DNA of 64,000 bases from Armatimonadota bacterium (GTDB lineage Bacteria > Armatimonadota > UBA5829). This document shows positions 56,679 through 64,000 of the stretch, in pieces. Position 1 is the first letter of the stretch, and every line of letters begins with the position of its first letter. Location of the stretch: assembly GCA_012522575.1 (NCBI GenBank), contig JAAYKE010000067.1, positions 383 to 64,382 of the forward strand, given 5' to 3'. The position numbers and the translations under genes were made by a program. The notes beneath the pieces were generated by a model. It worked only from the letters and a program-made list of their open reading frames with translations, ran no database searches and was not told the DNA's origin.

Positions 56679-57611
56679 ATGGAGCATATTTTAGTAACCG
56701 GAGGCGCCGGGTTTCTGGGATCGCATTTGTGTGATCTGCTGCTGAAATATGGCCACAAAGTCACGGCGATGGACAATCTGCTCACCGGCAGCATAGACAA
56801 CATCGCGCATAATGTCGACAATCCCCTGTTTAGGTTCGTAAAATACGACGTAACCAACTATCTCTACCTCGATGAACACGTTGACGCGATTTTTCACTTC
56901 GCATCGCCGGCAAGTCCTATCGATTATGCACAGTTCCCTATCCCCACGCTCAAGGTTGGTTCGCTGGGCACGCACAAGACCCTGGGGTTGGCCGTGGCGC
57001 ACAAAGCGGTATATCTGCTGGCATCGACATCGGAAGTCTACGGTGACCCGCAGGTGCATCCGCAAAACGAAAACTACTGGGGCAATGTGAACCCGATAGG
57101 GCCGCGCGGAGTATATGACGAGGCCAAGCGGTTCGCCGAAGCCCTGACTATGGCATATCATAACGCTCATGGAGTCGACACCCGCATTGTGCGCATATTC
57201 AACACCTATGGCCCGCGAATGAGGCTGCATGATGGTCGAGTGGTCCCAACTATGATATACCAGGCGTTGAAAGGTGAGCCGCTGACGGTCTTTGGAGACG
57301 GCAAACAGACGCGCAGTTTCTGCTATGTCGATGATGAAGTAGAGGGCATATATCGACTCTTCAAGTCCGGCTGCGTCGAGCCTGTCAATATAGGCAATCC
57401 CGATGAGATGACGGTGCTGGAGTTCACGCACCTTGTGAAAAGACTGACGAATTCAACCAGCGAGATAGTCTTTCGTCCGCTGCCGATAGATTACCCAACC
57501 AAGAGACAGCCGGACATTTCCAAGGCGAAAAAACTACTCGACTGGCAGCCGATAGTCAGCATCGAAGAAGGCTTGAAAGAGACCATCAAATATATAAAAA
57601 CGCTGATTTAG
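56679..57611 (+). CDS. uxs: UDP-glucuronate decarboxylase (UDP-xylose synthase), SDR family
   Basis: [17 protein letters not shown]-binding motif, catalytic YDEAKR, 310 aa. Confidence 0.85.
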   Translation: MEHILVTGGAGFLGSHLCDLLLKYGHKVTAMDNLLTGSIDNIAHNVDNPLFRFVKYDVTNYLYLDEHVDAIFHFASPASPIDYAQFPIPTLKVGSLGTHKTLGLAVAHKAVYLLASTSEVYGDPQVHPQNENYWGNVNPIGPRGVYDEAKRFAEALTMAYHNAHGVDTRIVRIFNTYGPRMRLHDGRVVPTMIYQALKGEPLTVFGDGKQTRSFCYVDDEVEGIYRLFKSGCVEPVNIGNPDEMTVLEFTHLVKRLTNSTSEIVFRPLPIDYPTKRQPDISKAKKLLDWQPIVSIEEGLKETIKYIKTLI

Positions 57612-57719
57612 ATCGGTGTTGAGTCGGCGATGTGCATCTGTCTGGTCGATGAGTTGTTTGGGTATTTTCGCGTTTCCCTGCATTCGGCTTTTGAGTCTGC
57701 TATAATATGTTCATTGTAG

Positions 57720-59054
57720 ATGAGCTGGAGCCGAAACCACTTGAAAACACGCTGCATAATCGCGATTATATTAGGGCTGACGCTGGCCGCATTTTTGGCG
57801 GGTTGCGGGGAAAAGCCAACAGGCAGCAGTAATGGCGTCGTATCGATTTCCGTATGGCATCCGTGGGGAGGCTCTCAAAAGGAGCGTCTGGCGGAGGTAG
57901 TAGAGGAGTTCAACCGCACTCATCCCAACATTAAAGTGCGGGCGGTGTTTACTCCCAACGATCTCGACTCCAACCAGAAGTTCTTTACCTCAGTGGCAGC
58001 CAACAAGCCCCCTGACGCGATCTTCGTGGACGGGCCGCAGGTGGCGGCATGGGCGGAACAGGGAGCGATTCAGCCACTCGACGATTATATTGCGCAATCC
58101 GCGATCAAGCCGACGGATTATTTTGCGCCGTGCTGGGAACAGACCTCTTATCGCGGCAAGATATGGGCGATGACCTACTGCGCCGACCCCAACTTCGCGT
58201 TTGCGTGGAACAAAAAAGTCTTTCGAGACTGCGGCCTTGATCCTGAGAAACCACCGACCACCATCGAAGAACTCGATAAATTCAACGATCGTATCACCAA
58301 AATAGAAAGCGGCCGAATCATTCGCATAGGCATCATCCCCTGGGCGCAATTCGGCAACGCCAACGCGACTTTCACATGGGGATGGGCATTCGGAGGAGGT
58401 TTCTACGACCCTGTCGCACATAAAATCACTGCCAACGACCCCAAAGTCGTAAAAGCGATGGAGTGGATGACCAGCTACGCCAGAAAATATGACCCTAATA
58501 AGATCAACGCATTCACCCAGGGCTTCGGCAGTCGAGATCAAAACCCGTTCTATATAGGCCGTATTGCGATGCAGTGCCTGCATATTTCGCAGATCGACGA
58601 CATCAACACCTACGCGCCCGACCTCAACTACGGCCTCACATTCATTCCGGCCCCTTCAACAGGGGAGATGCATTCGTCGTGGGTGGGCGGATGGTGTCTG
58701 GGGATTCCCAAAGGCTCCAAACACCCGAAAGAGGCATGGGAGTTTATTCGATGGTGCTGTCGAGACCCCAAAGGAACCGAGGCGGTCGGCAGGTTGCAGT
58801 CCCTGCTGCCGGGATATCGAAAATCGCCGTTTCTCGATGAAGTGCGCAAGCGGCGCGGTTATTCGCAGTTTCTGGATATATTGGAAGCGTGCAGACATCA
58901 GCGGCCGGTTATGCCTGCGCAGTCTTTTTATATGGGATCGCTGGAGAGGGCTGTGGATTACTGCATCTACGGCAAAATGACTCCAAAGCAGGCCCTGGAT
59001 GCGTCTGCGCTCGAAACTCAGACTGAGCTTGATCTGCGGCTGGCGGGGAGGTAA
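57720..59054 (+). CDS. Sugar ABC transporter substrate-binding lipoprotein (family 1 SBP)
   Basis: Signal peptide with lipobox LAGC, and extracellular solute-binding family 1 pattern. Confidence 0.8.
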   Translation: MSWSRNHLKTRCIIAIILGLTLAAFLAGCGEKPTGSSNGVVSISVWHPWGGSQKERLAEVVEEFNRTHPNIKVRAVFTPNDLDSNQKFFTSVAANKPPDAIFVDGPQVAAWAEQGAIQPLDDYIAQSAIKPTDYFAPCWEQTSYRGKIWAMTYCADPNFAFAWNKKVFRDCGLDPEKPPTTIEELDKFNDRITKIESGRIIRIGIIPWAQFGNANATFTWGWAFGGGFYDPVAHKITANDPKVVKAMEWMTSYARKYDPNKINAFTQGFGSRDQNPFYIGRIAMQCLHISQIDDINTYAPDLNYGLTFIPAPSTGEMHSSWVGGWCLGIPKGSKHPKEAWEFIRWCCRDPKGTEAVGRLQSLLPGYRKSPFLDEVRKRRGYSQFLDILEACRHQRPVMPAQSFYMGSLERAVDYCIYGKMTPKQALDASALETQTELDLRLAGR

Positions 59055-59056
59055 AT

Positions 59057-59971
59057 ATGCAAAAATCTAAAGCCAATGCCACGGACAGGCGAAATCTGCG
59101 AAACGGGCTGCTTTTTTGTTCCCCGCTGCTGGTCGGCCTTGTGGGATTGACCCTGTATCCGGTGCTGGCGTCCCTCTATTACAGCTTTTGCAACTATCCG
59201 ATGCTCAAACCGCCTGTGTGGGTAGGGCTGGCTAACTATAAGACTTTATTCGCCGATCCGGTCTTTTATAAATCGCTTGCAAACACGGCGTATTATGCGG
59301 CTCTTGCGACTCCGCTGGGTATCATCACCGCCTTTCTGCTCGCCTTGCTGCTCAACCAGAAGGTGAAGGGCATGGCGGTCTTCAGGACGATGTTCTTTGT
59401 GCCGTCGATTGTGCCGATGGTGGCGGGTTCGGTGCTGTGGCTGTGGCTGTTAAATGCGGATTATGGTTTGATAAATACCATTCTGCGCGCGATGCATCTG
59501 CCTTCTGCGTTGATACCGGGATGGATGGCCGATCCGAAATGGTCGAAGCCTGCGCTGGTGCTGATGAGCGTGTGGGGAGTCGGCGGATGGATGCTGATTT
59601 ACCTTGCGGGGCTGCAGGACGTGCCGGTTGATCTGCATGAGGCCGCCGAAATTGACGGCGCATCTGCCTGGCAGAGAATGGTGCATATCACGATACCGTT
59701 TATGAGTCCGCACCTGTTTTTTACGCTGGTGATGGGATTTATCGGCGCGGCGCAATACTTCACTCAGGCGTTCGTTATGACCAACGGCAAAGGCGGCCCG
59801 GTGGACTCAACGCGTTTCTTCTCGCTGTATCTGTTTCAGAACGCATTTATGTATTGGAAGATGGGTTACGCCTGCGCGATGGCGTGGATATTATTCGTTG
59901 TGATTCTGCTCTTTACCCTGCTGCTGTTTAAGACATCAGCGCGATATGTATATTATGGGGGAGAAAAATAA
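59057..59971 (+). CDS. Sugar ABC transporter permease (MalF/UgpA-like)
   Basis: Six TM segments and the EAA loop (EAAEIDGASAWQRMVHITIP). Confidence 0.85.
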   Translation: MQKSKANATDRRNLRNGLLFCSPLLVGLVGLTLYPVLASLYYSFCNYPMLKPPVWVGLANYKTLFADPVFYKSLANTAYYAALATPLGIITAFLLALLLNQKVKGMAVFRTMFFVPSIVPMVAGSVLWLWLLNADYGLINTILRAMHLPSALIPGWMADPKWSKPALVLMSVWGVGGWMLIYLAGLQDVPVDLHEAAEIDGASAWQRMVHITIPFMSPHLFFTLVMGFIGAAQYFTQAFVMTNGKGGPVDSTRFFSLYLFQNAFMYWKMGYACAMAWILFVVILLFTLLLFKTSARYVYYGGEK

Positions 59972-60975
59972 TGAAAAATCGAGGCGGATTCCCCCGGGTT
60001 ATAACCTATATTGCGCTTGTTGTTCTCGGCACGGCGTTTACGCTGCCGTTTTTCTGGCTGCTTTCGACCTCCCTCAAACCGGATTCACGAATCCAGCAAT
60101 GGCCGCCGGATATCATCCCGATGCTGCCTGTCAAGGTCAAGCTCGACGGCAGGCAACGCGAGGTGCGCCTGACTCCAGATGGCGCTAAAGTCGCCTTGAT
60201 GGAGCGGCTCGAAGGCGGGAAGGCAAGCATTAAGCCGCTGGATGGCGGCAAGACGAAGATCGTGGACGGAGATCAGCTTAAACCGGTCATACGCCCGGGG
60301 TTTCAGTGGTCGAACTACACGCGGGGACTGGTTTTCATCCCGTTCTTCCAGCAGCTTAGAAACACGCTGATAATCTCGATATTCACCGTCATCGGCACAA
60401 TTTTGAGCTGCAGCCTGGTGGCCTATGGGCTTTCGAAGATCGACTGGAAGGGTCGCAATGTGCTGTTTGTGGTGATGTTGTCTACTATGATGTTGCCTGC
60501 GCAGGTGACTATGATCCCGGTCTTCGCGATTTTCGTTAAACTGGGCTGGGTGGACACGTTTCTGCCGCTCATCGTGCCGAGTTTTTTGGGAACTCCATTC
60601 TTCATCTTCCTGCTCAGACAGTTCTTTTTGGGGATACCGAAGGAACTCTCCGAGGCAGCGAAACTCGACGGGTGTGGAGAGTTTGGCATATATAGAAGGG
60701 TGATAATGCCGCTTTCCAAGCCCGCTTTGGCCACGGTCGGGTTATTCACTTTTATGGCGGCGTGGAACGACTTTATGGGGCCGTTGATTTATCTTCTCGA
60801 CGAGTCGAAATATACGCTGTCGCTGGGTTTGGCTATGTTCACCGGTCAATATGGCAACGAATACGGCATGCTGATGGCGGTGTCCGCAGTCGTCACTATC
60901 CCGATTATCGTGCTATTCTTCTTCACGCAGCGCACGTTTATACAGGGGATGACTATGAGTGGGATAAAAGGATGA
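59971..60975 (+). CDS. Sugar ABC transporter permease (MalG/UgpE-like) with an extended periplasmic loop
   Basis: EAA loop (EAAKLDGCGEFGIYRRVIMPL). ATGA overlap with the downstream gene. Confidence 0.85.
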   Translation: MKNRGGFPRVITYIALVVLGTAFTLPFFWLLSTSLKPDSRIQQWPPDIIPMLPVKVKLDGRQREVRLTPDGAKVALMERLEGGKASIKPLDGGKTKIVDGDQLKPVIRPGFQWSNYTRGLVFIPFFQQLRNTLIISIFTVIGTILSCSLVAYGLSKIDWKGRNVLFVVMLSTMMLPAQVTMIPVFAIFVKLGWVDTFLPLIVPSFLGTPFFIFLLRQFFLGIPKELSEAAKLDGCGEFGIYRRVIMPLSKPALATVGLFTFMAAWNDFMGPLIYLLDESKYTLSLGLAMFTGQYGNEYGMLMAVSAVVTIPIIVLFFFTQRTFIQGMTMSGIKG

Positions 60976-63002
60976 AACACGAAAATAATAAGTTTGGACA
61001 ATCGCAGATTACGCAAGCCGCTGATATGCAGGTGAGCCACGATTTATTCCGACGCTGGTTTGCCGGGCCGGGAGACATTCCAATCTCATTTCTGCTCGAC
61101 GGGGAAGTCATCAATGGCATCCCGTAGGGATGGAACCCAACCGTAAACAGGCGTCTTATCGATGCCAACATCACTGAGACAACGTTCGATGGCACGGACA
61201 TCAAAACCGGCCTGAACCTGCGGATTGAGTTCACGCAGTATCGGGACTATCCGGTCATTGAATGGGTGGCGTGGTTCACCAACACGAGCGAGAAACCCAC
61301 GCCGGTCATAAGCGACATTCTGGCTCTGGATGGATCAGTCGACGACGCGTCACCGGTCGTGCACCACTGGAACGGCGACTTCTACCACGAGGAAGGCTAC
61401 ACGCCATTCCAAAGTCCCCTTCGGCCCGGCGACAAACTCGACTTCGCTCCCGACGGCGGACGATCATGCGACCGGGCATTCCCCTACTACCGCGTCAAAT
61501 TCGACAACTGGGGACTCTCCCTCGCCATCGGATGGCCTGCTCAGTGGGCGGCATCTTTCATCTGCGAAACAGGCGGCCTGCGCCTTGTGGCGGGTCAGGG
61601 CAGGACAAATCTGCGGCTGATGCCGGGAGAGCGCATCCGAACGCCTCGGATTACCATGCTGTGCTGGTTCGGTGATGATTCCAGAGCGGTGAATTTGTGG
61701 CGACGCTGGTATCTGGCTCATATCCTTCCCAGACCAAATGGCCAACCGTTGAGACCTCTTCTTGCGTGTTCTGGAACCGATGACGGCGAGGAGTTCACGG
61801 AGGCGACTGAAGGCAACCAGATTGCCTGTATCAGCAAATTCGGCACACACGACATTCACCCTGATGTCTGGTGGATCGATGCCGGATGGTACCCCTGCCG
61901 TGACGGGGAAGGCAATCGCAGATGGTGGCGCACCGGCGAATGGGAGCCTGACCCTGATCGGTTCCCCAACGGTCTCAAGCCCATATCCGATTGGGCTGCC
62001 GAGAGCGGCGCCGATCTGCTGCTCTGGTTTGAGCCGGAAAGAGTGCAGCCCGGCACTCAAATCGACGTGCAGCGCCCGGAGTGGTTGCTCAAAGCCCAGG
62101 GCGACGACAACGGGCTGTTGAACCTTGGCAACCAGGAGTGCCGCCAATGGCTTACGGATCACTTTTGCAGTCTGATTCAGGACAACGGAGTAAAGATATA
62201 CAGACAGGATCACAACTTTGCGCCGCTGCAGCACTGGCGCGAGAATGAACCCGAGGACCGCCAGGGCATACATGAGAACCTGCACGTGCAGGGTTATCTT
62301 CAGTTCTGGGACGATCTGCTGGCGAGAAATCCGGGCCTGTGGATTGACTCATGCGCGAGCGGAGGGCGACGTAATGACCTTGAAACGATGCGCCGATCCG
62401 TGCCCCTGCACTATACCGACTTCGGCTATGGAAATCATCCGATCAAGCTTGCGTTCCATCGCACGCTGTTCGAGTGGATACCCTACTTCAAGGAATCCAC
62501 TCTTTCCTGGGATAAAGCGGAAACGCCGACCGATTTTTCCGCCGTTGACAGATTTGACCGCGCAGTAGACAGCTATTCGTACCACTGCGGCTTTGCGGCT
62601 ATGCTCTATGCCAGTCTGAACATAAGGCGCGAAGACTATGACTATGCCCTTGCCGGGAAGATGATTGCCGTCTGGCGCAGAGCCGCCGATGTGCTACTCT
62701 ACGGCGACTACTATCCCCATACGCCGTTTCACCGGAGCATTGAGAAGTGGGTCGCGTGGCAGTTCGATCGTCCCGAACGCGGCGAAGGCTTTATTCAAGC
62801 GATTCGGCTCCCGCTTGCGCCGGACGATACTATCACCATCCGCCCAAAGGCGCTCTGTGAAGACGCCCGCTATGTATTCGAGAATGGCGAAACCGGGGAC
62901 GCCATTGAGTTGTCTGGGGAGACGCTGATTCGTGACGGATTTGCGATTACTTGCCCGACCAGAAACGCTGCGATATGGTTCTATAGGTCCAAACACTCAT
63001 AG
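60972..63002 (+). pseudogene. GH36-like alpha-galactosidase gene with an in-frame TAG at 61125-61127; contiguous reading frame from the ATG at 60972 to the stop at 63002
   Basis: Track ORFs 60762..61127+ and 61266..63002+ share a frame, and the 138-nt gap has no stop: ...ISFLLDGEVINGIP*GWNPTVNRRLIDANITETTFDGTDIKTGLNLRIEFTQYRDYPVIEWVAWFTNTSEKP.... Catalytic-domain motifs are WWIDAGWY, LLLWFEP, YRQDHN and IDSCASGGRRND (GH36/GH27 clan). The ATG overlaps the permease stop (ATGA). Confidence 0.55.
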
Positions 63003-63365
63003 CGTAACAACTCACGAATGATAAGCGCCCCTGCCTGTAGTGTCCGATCTCCGTCTCGGACAGCAGGTGTTCGTTGATAGATTGCCCGGCTGGGACAGAG
63101 ACCATTTAGAGGATAGAGGTTGGAAGTTAGAGGTTAGAGGTTGGGAATGGTTTGGCGATACCGGCTCGAACTTCGGACATCTGACCTCGGACATCGAAAA
63201 AAGCAGATTTCTCACTTCGTTCGAAATGACAAGGTTCGTGTGGCTGGGACAGAGGCCAGCCGCTACGGTTTAGAGGTTAGAAGTTGGAGGTTAGAGCTTG
63301 GGAATGGTTTGGCGATACCGGCTCGAACTTCGGACATCTGACCTCGGACATCGAAAAAGGATTAA
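63003..63365. repeat. MITE-like repeat, copy D: terminal block CTCACGAATGATAAGC...GTCCGATCTCCGTCTCGGAC followed by two tandem ~157-bp units (heptamer array + GGCGATACCGGCTCGAACTTCGGACATCTGACCTCGGACATCGAAAAAAGCAGATTTCTC + CGAAATGACA + TGGCTGGGACAGAGGCCAGCC)
   Basis: Direct comparison with copies A, B and C. Track ORFs 63012..63215-, 63040..63273+, 63141..63341+ and 63298..63513+ are artefacts (shared peptide MGMVWRYRLELRTSDLGHRK). Confidence 0.8.
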
Positions 63366-64000
63366 GGGCTGGAGAACTGTCGGCGGGAATTTGAGCAAAC
63401 CCAGCGCAGGCTGGGGATATCTCGCTGCGCCACCGCTATGTCCATCGGCACGTCCGAGCACGCCCACAGCAGATGTTGCGCCGAGGCCAGCGCGATTGCA
63501 GGGCTGTTATTAACCTGGCTCAGGTGCGCAAGCCATACCGATGGATTTTTGCCGGACTCGGCCAGGTCGACTATAAGCGTCGCTGCGGCATCGTTGGATA
63601 GATGTCCCAGTTGACTTCGTATCCGCCATTTCAGAAAGTGCGGATAAGGCCCGTCAGAGAGCATTTCGTCGTCGTAGTTGGATTCCAATATCAGCAGGTC
63701 CGCATCAGCGGCCTCAGCGCAGATTTCATCTGACAGCAGCCCCGTATCGGTGACGCTGGTTATGGATCCGCTGACTGAACTTATGGTGTAACCCACAGGA
63801 CAGGCCGCGTCATGCGAGACCTCAAATGAGCGGACTTCAAGCCCGTCGAAACAGATATGTTTGCCGATATCGAGCACCCGAACAGGGACTTTACAGGCTC
63901 CGTCTATCGCCTCAAGAGTCGCGGCATTTGCCACCAGCGGCACTCCAAAACGCCTGGCCGTGCGCACGGCTCCCTTTATATGATCGGCGTGTTCGTGGGT
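63362..64000 (-). CDS. MBL-fold metallo-hydrolase (beta-lactamase superfamily); the N-terminal end lies beyond the window end
   Basis: Reverse-strand translation of the last 33 nt gives ...THEHADHIKGAVRTARRF, the HxHxDH zinc motif, so the gene starts beyond 64000. The track ORF begins at an internal GTG. Confidence 0.6.
   Translation of the reverse strand, partial: THEHADHIKGAVRTARRFGVPLVANAATLEAIDGACKVPVRVLDIGKHICFDGLEVRSFEVSHDAACPVGYTISSVSGSITSVTDTGLLSDEICAEAADADLLILESNYDDEMLSDGPYPHFLKWRIRSQLGHLSNDAAATLIVDLAESGKNPSVWLAHLSQVNNSPAIALASAQHLLWACSDVPMDIAVAQRDIPSLRWVCSNSRRQFSSP

Noticed and set aside
33454-61127. Genome-wide reassignment of TAG or TGA to a sense codon as the explanation for the three interrupted genes
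   Set aside because: TAG terminates hemA, thuA, terL and the Gfo/Idh/MocA gene at their expected C-termini. TGA terminates dnaJ and lysC. A short second stop follows several of these within a few codons.

Overview
This window is a high-GC (~58%) bacterial chromosomal segment, gene-dense on both strands. It mixes conserved housekeeping genes with several accessory insertions. Reading from start to end:

- Tandem Tat-secreted Gfo/Idh/MocA oxidoreductases, then ApbE and ThuA.
- A secreted alpha/beta hydrolase.
- A minus-strand block lysC, hemX-like (CcsA family), hemA, precorrin-2 dehydrogenase, ccsA, resB (tetrapyrrole and System II cytochrome c biogenesis).
- A sigma-70 region-4-only protein, a DUF2961 protein, a GH127 beta-L-arabinofuranosidase, a WecB/TagA glycosyltransferase, a PfkB kinase and ComF.
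- A heat-shock operon dnaK-hsp20-dnaJ-hspR with a csp gene.
- A PAP2 phosphatase and a 1271-aa FG-GAP/Fn3 surface protein with four tandem 105-aa repeats.
- A candidate c-di-GMP-I riboswitch upstream of a small ORF and a URO-D-family gene.
- An ~8.9 kb phage-derived island carrying only head-morphogenesis and lysis genes (TerS, TerL, DUF935 portal, Mu-I-like protease, Mu gpT-like major capsid, gp6-like connector, head-closure protein, holin-like protein, Amidase_3, NlpC/P60-like protein) plus an embedded GNAT. It has no tail, integrase or replication genes.
- Creatininase, glpK and two tandem M55 peptidases.
- A 1436-aa double BadF/BcrA-type activase fused to a dehydratase-like domain.
- A lower-GC Dam-like methylase plus restriction endonuclease pair.
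- A ferredoxin, a selenocysteine-containing selD (in-frame TGA with a SECIS-like hairpin), smpB, UDP-xylose synthase, and a sugar ABC transporter followed by a GH36-like alpha-galactosidase.
- The 5' part of an MBL-fold hydrolase running off the window end.

Two further things stand out. First, a composite MITE-like repeat family occupies four intergenic loci. It carries GGTTAGA/GGTTGGA heptamer arrays and a conserved ~80-nt core, and it generates the spurious small ORFs in the track there. Second, three otherwise intact genes carry a single in-frame stop codon: TGA at a conserved Trp in the URO-D gene, TAG in the capsid gene, and TAG in the GH36-like gene.
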